This document shows, in pieces, positions 40,428-49,096 of a DNA stretch of 64,000 nt. The stretch lies in contig JBKEHQ010000001.1 of assembly GCA_046710875.1 (NCBI GenBank), positions 1,119 through 65,118 on the forward strand, read 5' to 3'. Under the pieces are notes generated by a model. The model saw nothing but the letters and a program-made list of their open reading frames with translations, was not told where the DNA came from and did no database searches. How positions within the stretch are numbered: position 1 is the first letter of the stretch; each line of letters opens with the position of its first letter. Position numbers and translations under genes: made by a program. Source of the stretch: Candidatus Thalassarchaeaceae archaeon. GTDB lineage: Archaea; Thermoplasmatota; Poseidoniia; Poseidoniales; Thalassarchaeaceae.

Positions 40428-42017
40428 TTGATGGTAGATTATGATTCGCGCAAATCAATGGTCAGCAGCGATGTCCGCGTCAACATTTCTGTGACAGATA
40501 GAATTTTACTTCATTTATGGGAACAAGATCACCAAGCTGATCATTATTTAGTAACATATGAAATGACAAGACCTGGAATAGCAGAAGTTTGTGCATTACA
40601 TCCACCAAATGTGTCCAGATCAATGAGAGATATTATTTCTGAAGGATGGGCAACCGAACATACGAGGTCAATCAGGGGAGATGACCGAAGGCAAAAAACA
40701 TGGCAATTATCTGATGACGGGCGTTATGCAATTTCCGAGAAGATGCCTCAACTTCGTTCGACAAAAGTATTGCTCAGGGGACGAGATAATAATCTCCTTG
40801 AAATAAGAGCAGACGAAGCATCTTTGAATCTAAAAGCGAATCTTACACTACTACAAATCTTAATGCATGCACAACATGAAGGCGTTCTTAATTTTGGAGA
40901 CATTAGATTTGGGACAATAATTAATTCAGATGAAAATACAAAACCCGGCTCAATTAGTATGTTATCTGGAGCCCATTCAACATATCATACTCGTCCTCCT
41001 GATACCCGGACTGTCCATGGGCGAAAACTCGAAAAAGATGGAATAAGTAAATGGTACAAATCCAAAACACCTTTATTTGTTCTATCAGGTATAGCTGGTT
41101 GTGGTAAAACTACTTTAGTATCGTTTTGGATTGATGATGTTTTAAACAATAATCCAGAAACAGAAGTTATGTATTATCCTTGTCAACCTTGGGACACAAC
41201 ACTTGGAATAGCTACTAGTATATTGCATCGCTTCGGTATACGTTCACCAGATAAATCACAGGACCCATATGGTGTCTTAGAGACAATACCTCTTAAACCA
41301 GGAATGGACTTTAATTTAGATTTATACAGGCGTAGAGTTACAGCCCATTTATTGGATAAAAAAAATCTTAGAAAAGATAATATTAATCAAATTCTTATAA
41401 TTTTAGATGATGTACATAACATTGATTTGTCCGGGCAGAATTTTTTTGGAATGCTATTACAAATTGCTGAAGATACAAATATTCGCCTCTTGATGATATC
41501 TAGAAAAAATTTAAGTTTTTACGATCGTAGAGACGTACATACCCGTAATCGTGTAAATGAATTTACACTTTCAGGACTTTCTGTTGAAGAAATAACTGTC
41601 TGGCTTAATACATTACCATTATCAAAAAATGCCCCTATAGCGGAAATCTATCAAGCTACGGGGGGGCATCCTCTTGCTTTAGAATTATTAGAATTATATG
41701 GTCAGATATTACATGATGATTGGTTGAGATTTTTGGACGAAGAAATCCTGAATGTATTACCGAAAGATCATAGAGAAATACTGGCTCTTCTTGCAGTATC
41801 CGATCGACCAGTTCCTTGGAAGATTCTAGCCGATGCAGCAGACTTTAGTGGAAAGCCTCCATCTCAAATTATTGAGCGAGGATTGATGCTCGAACTTACT
41901 GAAGGAATGTGGATCCATGAAGCCCTAAGGTCAAGATTACTTAGGGAAGTAGGAGTAACAAACGAAATTAGGTTAAAGAAATTAAAGAATGCTAGATTAA
42001 GACATATGACGATCTAA
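40428..42017 (+). CDS. Winged-HTH plus STAND/NB-ARC-like P-loop ATPase, putative regulator
   Basis: N-terminal wHTH (MTRPGIAEVCALHPPNVSR); Walker A GIAGCGKT; Walker B IILDDVH; GGHPLALEL (GxP) motif. Confidence 0.8.
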   Translation: MMVDYDSRKSMVSSDVRVNISVTDRILLHLWEQDHQADHYLVTYEMTRPGIAEVCALHPPNVSRSMRDIISEGWATEHTRSIRGDDRRQKTWQLSDDGRYAISEKMPQLRSTKVLLRGRDNNLLEIRADEASLNLKANLTLLQILMHAQHEGVLNFGDIRFGTIINSDENTKPGSISMLSGAHSTYHTRPPDTRTVHGRKLEKDGISKWYKSKTPLFVLSGIAGCGKTTLVSFWIDDVLNNNPETEVMYYPCQPWDTTLGIATSILHRFGIRSPDKSQDPYGVLETIPLKPGMDFNLDLYRRRVTAHLLDKKNLRKDNINQILIILDDVHNIDLSGQNFFGMLLQIAEDTNIRLLMISRKNLSFYDRRDVHTRNRVNEFTLSGLSVEEITVWLNTLPLSKNAPIAEIYQATGGHPLALELLELYGQILHDDWLRFLDEEILNVLPKDHREILALLAVSDRPVPWKILADAADFSGKPPSQIIERGLMLELTEGMWIHEALRSRLLREVGVTNEIRLKKLKNARLRHMTI

Positions 42018-42314
42018 CCAAGTATCCATAGCAGGTTTAGGCATTGCACCAGTCATTTGCTCTACTACTTTCCCATTATGAAATAGTAGTAGATTCGGAA
42101 TACCCCTAACTCCATATTTTCCAGGCGTTAATGTATTTGTGTCAGTATTTACTTTTGCTATTGTAATGTCACGTTGTTGTGCAATTTCTGACAATACAGG
42201 GGCAATCATCTTACAAGGTCCACACCAAGGAGCCCAAAAATCAACCAATACCCATTCATTACCATTCGTAATCATATCAAAATCTGCATCGTTTACATCT
42301 ATAACTTGGCCCAT
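41997..42314 (-). CDS. trxA: Thioredoxin
   Basis: DFWAPWCGPCK motif; start at MGQVID. Confidence 0.95.
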   Translation of the reverse strand: MGQVIDVNDADFDMITNGNEWVLVDFWAPWCGPCKMIAPVLSEIAQQRDITIAKVNTDTNTLTPGKYGVRGIPNLLLFHNGKVVEQMTGAMPKPAMDTWLDRHMS

Positions 42315-42436
42315 TATTACACCTACATCACAGTCGAGGCATTGATAACCTATCAACATGTGTCTTGAAATCAAGTATATTTAGTCAAATTCATTTACCG
42401 CCATCTATTGCATAGTATCCAAGCGAGGTCATTATT

Positions 42437-43117
42437 TTGGAAATTACCCCTAGCATTCTAACTGCAAACTTTTGTGAACTTGGTAAAACTTTAGATGAAG
42501 CCGTAGAAGCAGGAATAAAATGGATTCATATGGATGTTATGGACGGTAACTGGGTAATTAACCGTACCATAACATTTGGCCCAGCACTAATTCGTTCTGT
42601 CAGAGATAGATTGGGCCCAAACATATTTATTGATTGCCATTTAATGATAAATAATGCAGAAGAAACGTGGGAGCAATATGCTAAAGCGGGCGTAAATATG
42701 ATTATAGCACACTTTGAAGCAGTTGAAAATTTTGAAAAATTGATAACTGATGTACACGGTTATGGAATACAAGTAGGTTGTGTAATTAATCCTAGTACTG
42801 AACCTTCTGAAATAATTCATTTACTTCCTAATTTAGATCTAATCCTCGTTATGTCAGTAGTTCCAGGTAAAGGGGGGCAATCTTTTATGGATGAAGTTGA
42901 GGGCAAAGTACGTTATTTTAGAAATGCCATAGATAATCAAATATCTTCAGGAGGTTATGAAACAAAACTGATGATTGATGGGGGTATAAAAAATCATAAT
43001 GCAGCAATAGTTTCTGATTGGGGGATAGATATAGCCGTGGTTGGATCAGGATTGATAAATGATCAGGGTACAATCAAAGCAAATCTTAATTTTATACATG
43101 CAGCCATCAATAAATAA
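42437..43117 (+). CDS. rpe: Ribulose-phosphate 3-epimerase
   Basis: PSIL, HMDVMDG, DCHLM, MSVVPGKGGQ and IDGGI motifs. Confidence 0.93.
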   Translation: MEITPSILTANFCELGKTLDEAVEAGIKWIHMDVMDGNWVINRTITFGPALIRSVRDRLGPNIFIDCHLMINNAEETWEQYAKAGVNMIIAHFEAVENFEKLITDVHGYGIQVGCVINPSTEPSEIIHLLPNLDLILVMSVVPGKGGQSFMDEVEGKVRYFRNAIDNQISSGGYETKLMIDGGIKNHNAAIVSDWGIDIAVVGSGLINDQGTIKANLNFIHAAINK

Positions 43118-43163
43118 ATTTCTACACCAAGAATTCAATAGTGACCTCCTGTTGTAACATACA

Positions 43164-43481
43164 ATGGTAACCGAACAATGGGTTGTTGATGAGGTTCTCA
43201 AGGTTGTTCCCGATGCAGATGTTTCTGTCACAGATTTACATAAAAGTGGAGATCACTTTCACGTCAGAATTATTTCTAATCAATACGAAGGTATTAGGCC
43301 ATTACAACGACAACGTCCAATTTTAAATCATTTCAAACAATTTATTACTCAGAATATAGTACACGCTTTAGATTTAAAGTGTATGACATTTGATCAAGCA
43401 AAGAAAAGTGGGGAAACCGCCTTTGACCCACACGGCGATGATGTAGAATTCTTCGGAGTTCATATAAGAAGGGAAAAATAG
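43164..43481 (+). CDS. bolA: BolA/IbaG family protein
   Basis: GDHFHVRIIS and VHAL motifs; adjacent to Grx4. Confidence 0.85.
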   Translation: MVTEQWVVDEVLKVVPDADVSVTDLHKSGDHFHVRIISNQYEGIRPLQRQRPILNHFKQFITQNIVHALDLKCMTFDQAKKSGETAFDPHGDDVEFFGVHIRREK

Positions 43482-43483
43482 GA

Positions 43484-43819
43484 GTGAATAAAATGAATTT
43501 TAATTGGACGCCAGAAGAATTACAAGATATAGTGGATAAAAATAGCGTTGTTCTTTTTATGAAGGGAACGCCAGAAGAACCTCGTTGCGGATTTAGCAAT
43601 CGTGCTGCTTCAGTTCTAAATAAATTAGAAAAACCTTACGCAAGTGTGAATATTCTAGCCGATCCTCGTGCAATACCATCGGTATGCGCCTGGTCAGATT
43701 TTCCCACAATGCCTCAAATATTCATAAATGGTGAATTGATTGGCGGTTCAGACATTGCTTTGGAATTATACGAAAGTGGCGAGTTACAAGAAATGATTTC
43801 TTTAAGTAAATCAGAATAA
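43484..43819 (+). CDS. grxD: Monothiol glutaredoxin, Grx4 family
   Basis: LFMKGTP..PRCGFS, PTMPQ and GGSDI motifs. Confidence 0.92.
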   Translation: MNKMNFNWTPEELQDIVDKNSVVLFMKGTPEEPRCGFSNRAASVLNKLEKPYASVNILADPRAIPSVCAWSDFPTMPQIFINGELIGGSDIALELYESGELQEMISLSKSE

Positions 43820-43830
43820 GGTGACTTATT

Positions 43831-44760
43831 TTGTCGGACATTTCCGATCGAAAGGTTATGTCAATTGCTCTATTGGGTGCTGTTGCAATATCTTTTGCGC
43901 CAATATTCTATATGTTTTCGGAAGTTAATCCAGTCACTGGTGCATTTTTTAGAATGTTATATGCACTTCCATTACTATTTATAATAGTAATAGTTTTTCG
44001 AAAAAATGATAATAGAACTAAAAAAACTCGATTAATTGCTTTCTCGGCCGGTCTATTAATGGCACCTGATATGTTAGCATATTTTAGTTCTATGAAATTT
44101 ATTGGCGTTGGAATCGCAACTCTTATAGGAAACTCACAAGTCATAATTGTAACCATAGTATCTTGGAAGTTATTTGGAGAAAAACCCAATCCCGCAATCT
44201 TATTTTCTCTTCCAGTTGTATTATTTGGGCTATTTTTAATTTCAGGCATATCTGATGCCAATGCTTTTGGATCAAATCCAATAAAAGGCGTTATTTTCGG
44301 AATCGCTGCAGCAATATTTTATTCTACATTCTTAGTCATATTTAGGTTTTCAAATAGAGAATTAGCTCCAGCAGCAAATGTTCAATTGGATGCTACTTTA
44401 GGTGCAGCCTTAGGATTACTTGTACTGGGATTTATGCCACTATCTTCAATTTCAATTGCACCAATTGATTTTGAATTTATATGGCCTGGGCATGGTTGGA
44501 TCATTATATTAGCGTTAACTTGTCAAGTTGCGGGCTGGATAGCCATAGCATTTGCATTACCTAGATTACCTGCTGCTCATACTTCATTTGCCGTACTTCT
44601 TCAACCAATACTGTCTCTGATCTGGGGAGTAATATTATTATCTGAGAATCCTTCAATAAAACAAACAATTGGAATATTCTTGGTTTTACTGTCAATAATG
44701 GCTGTAACTGTATTTGGAACTGTTGAAGATAGGAAAAATACACCATCTGAGATTAGTTAA
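43831..44760 (+). CDS. DMT/EamA family transporter
   Basis: Ten TMs in two EamA repeats (LFGEK, LLSENP). Confidence 0.9.
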   Translation: MSDISDRKVMSIALLGAVAISFAPIFYMFSEVNPVTGAFFRMLYALPLLFIIVIVFRKNDNRTKKTRLIAFSAGLLMAPDMLAYFSSMKFIGVGIATLIGNSQVIIVTIVSWKLFGEKPNPAILFSLPVVLFGLFLISGISDANAFGSNPIKGVIFGIAAAIFYSTFLVIFRFSNRELAPAANVQLDATLGAALGLLVLGFMPLSSISIAPIDFEFIWPGHGWIIILALTCQVAGWIAIAFALPRLPAAHTSFAVLLQPILSLIWGVILLSENPSIKQTIGIFLVLLSIMAVTVFGTVEDRKNTPSEIS

Positions 44761-44763
44761 TTT

Positions 44764-44845
44764 GAGTGTACAGGGCGAGAGATAAAAGCGAGGGGATGGG
44801 ATGCACTCAGCGAGAACCTTACGGCCCCGTACGGTTACTGATACA
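44764..44845. ncRNA. Possible small structured RNA or double hairpin between convergent genes
   Basis: GC-rich island with stems GAGTGTA/TGCACTC and AACC.TACG/CGTA.GGTT. Confidence 0.3.
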
Positions 44846-44917
44846 AGAAGGTAATAATTAATCATTTTGTGAAAATAGTTAATTTTTTAGATATATCTAG
44901 AGGAAATGTATTTTTTT

Positions 44918-45931
44918 TTAAGCTACGGTCAATATTTCTGGGCCTCCATCGGTCACCAATACTGTATGCTCATACTGACCAACAAAACCTCCATCAACAT
45001 CCTTTAATGCAGGATATACTTCTAGGAATCTAATTGAAGTTAATTTTTTAACTAAAGCATTCCATTTTTTATTCAAAGATTCTCCATCTTCCTCAGGAAA
45101 TGGTTTCTCCAATAAAGGATATGCCCATCTTTCAGCAAATGGAAGTGTTTGATATCGCTCTTCAATATACCTAGCCATTGTAGCCCCAAGGGGTTTTAAC
45201 TTCCCTTTACTAAGTGCTTTACGAATTTTTACATCTCCAGTAACTCTTAGGATATTAGATGAGCCACTAGGGGCAACATTTTCAATCATTCCAGATTCTC
45301 CTGTGGTGTTAAAAGGTTCAACGGCATATAAACCACCTTTTTCCACAACTCCTTTGAAACTAGGATTATTTGGTCCACAATCATACATAGGAATCGATAA
45401 TCCTGCATGCAAGTTCCATCTTTCCATTTGATGCCCACAAAGATTTCTAATCGGCTCAAATCCTGCATCCTTTGTAACCTGTCCAGCAGCTGCACCAATT
45501 TCATGCCAAGGTGTACCTGGGTGCATTTTTTCAATTGCGGCATCTCTTGCTTCTTTGGCAGCTTTTATTTGATCAGTATGTTTTCCTTGAGATCCAACTT
45601 CTATTGTTATTGCATTATCTGCTATTGCTCCTTTGATATGTACTCCGACATCTAATTTGACCAAGTCTCCATTTTCAAAAACCATTCCCTTTTCCCATTC
45701 TTCCATGGGGTCTTGAGAATGATTTGTAGTGTAATGAGCCGCTATATTGTTTACAGAAATTGTTACAGGAAAAGCCGCTTGCCCTCCATGACGTCTGATA
45801 AAACGTTCAGCAGAGTCTATTACCTCAGACCAAGATTTTCCTTCAATAATTTCGCCTTTGATGCCTTCTAAAGTTCTACGAGCTACGTGTCCAGCGTCTC
45901 TCCATTGCTTGAGGTCTGCTTCATCCACCAT
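44918..45931 (-). CDS. map: Methionine aminopeptidase type II
   Basis: AAHYT, KLDVGVH...D, NLCGH, AVEPF and QYEHT motifs with the type II insertion. Confidence 0.93.
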   Translation of the reverse strand: MVDEADLKQWRDAGHVARRTLEGIKGEIIEGKSWSEVIDSAERFIRRHGGQAAFPVTISVNNIAAHYTTNHSQDPMEEWEKGMVFENGDLVKLDVGVHIKGAIADNAITIEVGSQGKHTDQIKAAKEARDAAIEKMHPGTPWHEIGAAAGQVTKDAGFEPIRNLCGHQMERWNLHAGLSIPMYDCGPNNPSFKGVVEKGGLYAVEPFNTTGESGMIENVAPSGSSNILRVTGDVKIRKALSKGKLKPLGATMARYIEERYQTLPFAERWAYPLLEKPFPEEDGESLNKKWNALVKKLTSIRFLEVYPALKDVDGGFVGQYEHTVLVTDGGPEILTVA

Positions 45932-46512
45932 TTTAGAATCTCCTTTGAACTTACTATTCCTTCTCTCAATATGTCAATGTTCGACAACTCAAGTGTTTCA
46001 CTGACAGTGTGCCATGATATCAAAGTACTGGGTATTTTATCTAAACATTCTCCTGAGTGCCCCATTACTTTATTTTCTGGAGTCGTCAATATATTTGCTG
46101 CTGCTTTACAATTCAATGATGGTCCCACGCCACTTTTATTGGCACTTGTTGCAGTCAAAGGTCCAGTTTTCTCTAAAAGCCTCTTTGCATTTTTATCAGC
46201 TAAGAATCTAATTGCTACTTTATATCCTCCTAAACGTGGATCAAGTGGTTCAATGGCTTTCAGTATTATTGTTAGAGAACCATCAGGAAAATATTGTAAG
46301 ATGTCCAATACATCATTGGGGACATCAACTATCGATCTAGCTTGACCAATATTCGCAACTCCGATACTTAGTGGTAAAGAACTATCTCTATTTTTGATTT
46401 TATATAAATTATCTAATGCTTTTGAATCAAGAATACATCCTAATGCAGGTTGTGTTGTTGTGGGATAAACTATACAATTACCTGATAAAACATGTTTTAT
46501 CATTTCTTCCAT
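45883..46512 (-). CDS. tsaC: Threonylcarbamoyl-AMP synthase (YrdC/TsaC domain only)
   Basis: YPT, KNR, GPLTATSANKSG and PSTL motifs. Confidence 0.85.
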   Translation of the reverse strand: MEEMIKHVLSGNCIVYPTTTQPALGCILDSKALDNLYKIKNRDSSLPLSIGVANIGQARSIVDVPNDVLDILQYFPDGSLTIILKAIEPLDPRLGGYKVAIRFLADKNAKRLLEKTGPLTATSANKSGVGPSLNCKAAANILTTPENKVMGHSGECLDKIPSTLISWHTVSETLELSNIDILREGIVSSKEILKWWMKQTSSNGETLDT

Positions 46513-46520
46513 AAGTTCAC

Positions 46521-47096
46521 CTATTTGATATGCTTACGATTAAATGGCGGTAATGAGTATGTCTTTACAACGATACTATTGACTTTCAAATCGATATTTG
46601 ATTGATGTGTATGCCGATGTGAGATACTGGCCAAATCGTATATTCCTCTATACCATCCAATTATTGGAATCAGATATATTAACTTATTTAGAACTCTTTT
46701 ATCCCACATTTCGCTCGTCATTTCAGAACCATCATCAGCAACAATGGCCAATCCAAATAATTTCTGTCCCATTGACCTAGATAAGTAAATTCCTGAATAT
46801 CTCCAATAAAGCCAATGGCCACTGAAAATAACAAAAGCCATCATAATGGAATAATGAACATCAGTCGAAAGCCACATACTAATACTCCATGCATAGAAGA
46901 TTTTTTTCTTTGTAATAAGTAGAAGTATTGTGTTTATCAATATCACATCTAATACAAATGCTGCTAACCTATCGACTCTTGATGCTAATATGGTTCCTTC
47001 TGGAACACTCCAATGACCTTCTTTCTGTGAAACTATTGCTTTCGCTAAATTTCCATTACCTGAATTGAGTGATATTGGGTTTTCATGATTACTCAT
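46521..47096 (-). CDS. RDD family membrane protein
   Basis: RLAAFVLD; SMGQKLFGLAIV. Confidence 0.8.
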   Translation of the reverse strand: MSNHENPISLNSGNGNLAKAIVSQKEGHWSVPEGTILASRVDRLAAFVLDVILINTILLLITKKKIFYAWSISMWLSTDVHYSIMMAFVIFSGHWLYWRYSGIYLSRSMGQKLFGLAIVADDGSEMTSEMWDKRVLNKLIYLIPIIGWYRGIYDLASISHRHTHQSNIDLKVNSIVVKTYSLPPFNRKHIK

Positions 47097-47248
47097 AACA
47101 CATCTCCTATTGATGCCAAGGTGTCCTCATCGTCAATGTTATGCATTATAGATTTCAACAAATTTAAAGAAATAATAGTATCATAATCCCGTGATAATTA
47201 TACGCAATGTTTCCGCGACGGTGGGTGTTAGGGGGGGGGAGTGGTAGT

Positions 47249-48397
47249 ATGTGGGACCGATTTAAAAATTGGAAAAAAGATAATACTGGTGAAACAGTAT
47301 GCCCTTTATGCCAACACAAAAACTCAAAAAAGGCAGAAATATGCAAATCTTGCTCTTATCAATTGAATAAACCTAGTCATGAACAGATATCTAATATTGA
47401 AGAATCTGAAAAAAATTCATTATTTGATCAATTAATGGATGAATTTGACGTTGAGAAAGAAGATGAAATAATAGATTGGTCCAAAGCTACATTCAAAATG
47501 GATGATGTCACAGTAGATGTAAATCAATATACCGAAGAAGAAGAAGTATTTTTGAGTAGCAAGCCAAGTTTTGCCATGACAAAAGGTACTATTGAAATGC
47601 CAAAACAAGATGAACAACAAGAAGATTATCAATTAAGTCCCGAAGATGCTCCATCAATATCTGTTAAGTTCGAAATTCCTGTAGAACAAGCTGAGGTAAT
47701 CGAAGAAGTTGAGTATACGCCAGTTGAACTAATTAAACCAACTTCTGGAACTCCGGACAATGTACAGATAATATCTGCCGATCAAATAACTGAAGAAATT
47801 AGTGAACTTGCAATTCTTGAAGCTGCAGATTTTGATGGCGATGGCGACGTTGATGAATATGAGGAGGCGTTCTTTAATGATGAGAATAATGAGCAGGAGC
47901 CAATAATTGATAAAATAGATTCAGATAACAATTTTTCTACCATTCCATCTGCACCATTGGACCTACCTCCATTTATAAAATCTGAAAATATTCTTATAGA
48001 AAAAGAAGATAATAATGCCGAAGATGAAATAGTTACACTACCTTCAGCACCAGTGATTCCATCAATTGATGAAAATTCAATATTATCTAATTCAATAGAT
48101 AATAAAATATCATATTGGCCATGGAAGCAACAAGATGAGTGGATGTTTTCAGAACTTAAAGGCCAGGTCTTATCAGCAATGAGGGCAGCTATTGATAAAA
48201 ATATTGCACAAGCCACCGTTATAATTGATGATGTAGGGCCCCATTTAGGCAATCAAACCAATTTAATGTATCCAATAGGCAAACTTTTAGATACGATAGG
48301 AAGAAGAAATGCTGTAGACAAAATGATATCTCTGGCCTATAAAAATCTACCCAATGATCCAAACGTAATACAAGCAAAACAAAAGTTAAGGCCATAA
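47249..48397 (+). CDS. Zinc-ribbon protein with an acidic low-complexity linker and a helical C-terminal domain
   Basis: CPLC...CKSC; D/E/P-rich middle; DFDGDGDVDEYE; start placed at MWDRF. Confidence 0.75.
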   Translation: MWDRFKNWKKDNTGETVCPLCQHKNSKKAEICKSCSYQLNKPSHEQISNIEESEKNSLFDQLMDEFDVEKEDEIIDWSKATFKMDDVTVDVNQYTEEEEVFLSSKPSFAMTKGTIEMPKQDEQQEDYQLSPEDAPSISVKFEIPVEQAEVIEEVEYTPVELIKPTSGTPDNVQIISADQITEEISELAILEAADFDGDGDVDEYEEAFFNDENNEQEPIIDKIDSDNNFSTIPSAPLDLPPFIKSENILIEKEDNNAEDEIVTLPSAPVIPSIDENSILSNSIDNKISYWPWKQQDEWMFSELKGQVLSAMRAAIDKNIAQATVIIDDVGPHLGNQTNLMYPIGKLLDTIGRRNAVDKMISLAYKNLPNDPNVIQAKQKLRP

Positions 48398-48418
48398 TAT
48401 ACAAATTTCTACATAGAT

Positions 48419-49012
48419 ATGATGTACATCAACACATTCGTCTTAATTAGTATGCCTAGAACTACATCTTCAATAAGGGTAAACGATAATTTAATTTTAC
48501 GACCTGCAACACAAGAGTATCTTTCAGACTTGATAGAAGCTTACGAAGAAACATGGCCAGAAGTCAGTTGGGCAATGCCTTGGATAGTATCTGAAAAACC
48601 ATTATATTCACAAATTTCTAATTTTATTAATGAAACAGAAGAAAAAGGTAGAAAAGGAATCTTACATCATTGGGTCATCATACGTGTGTGGGATAATTTT
48701 GTTCTTGGATTAATAGGATTTGACCGTATTACTCGTTCAGATAAGGCTGTTTGGAATCTTGGCTATTGGGTTCGTAGTTCAGAACAACAACGCGGAATTG
48801 CTAGAATGTCCGTTGATGCAGTATTAGATTGGATAAAAGAAAAAAAACCTGTTTTTATAGAATTAAAAGTTGACCCAAATAATATTCCTGGTAGAAGTAC
48901 AGTTTTTCGAATAGTAAATAATTGGAATGGTAAACGACATATTGAGGGGGACTCAGCAATAACTATTTCTGGGTTAAGAACCATTCATGAATGTTATTTA
49001 GTTGAGATATAA
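48419..49012 (+). CDS. GNAT acetyltransferase, RimJ/RimL-like
   Basis: LILRP; LGYWVRSSEQQRGIA; PNNIPG. Confidence 0.85.
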   Translation: MMYINTFVLISMPRTTSSIRVNDNLILRPATQEYLSDLIEAYEETWPEVSWAMPWIVSEKPLYSQISNFINETEEKGRKGILHHWVIIRVWDNFVLGLIGFDRITRSDKAVWNLGYWVRSSEQQRGIARMSVDAVLDWIKEKKPVFIELKVDPNNIPGRSTVFRIVNNWNGKRHIEGDSAITISGLRTIHECYLVEI

Positions 49013-49096
49013 TTACTATTTGTATAGGTAATTAATCTAACAGTTGAAATCTAAGATTCCATCCGGTACATATAATAAGTTCCCGAAGGTGATACA

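Noticed and set aside
47231..47239. G homopolymer upstream of the Zn-ribbon gene
   Set aside because: Lies at RBS distance from ATG 47249, outside the probable CDS; no support for a contingency locus
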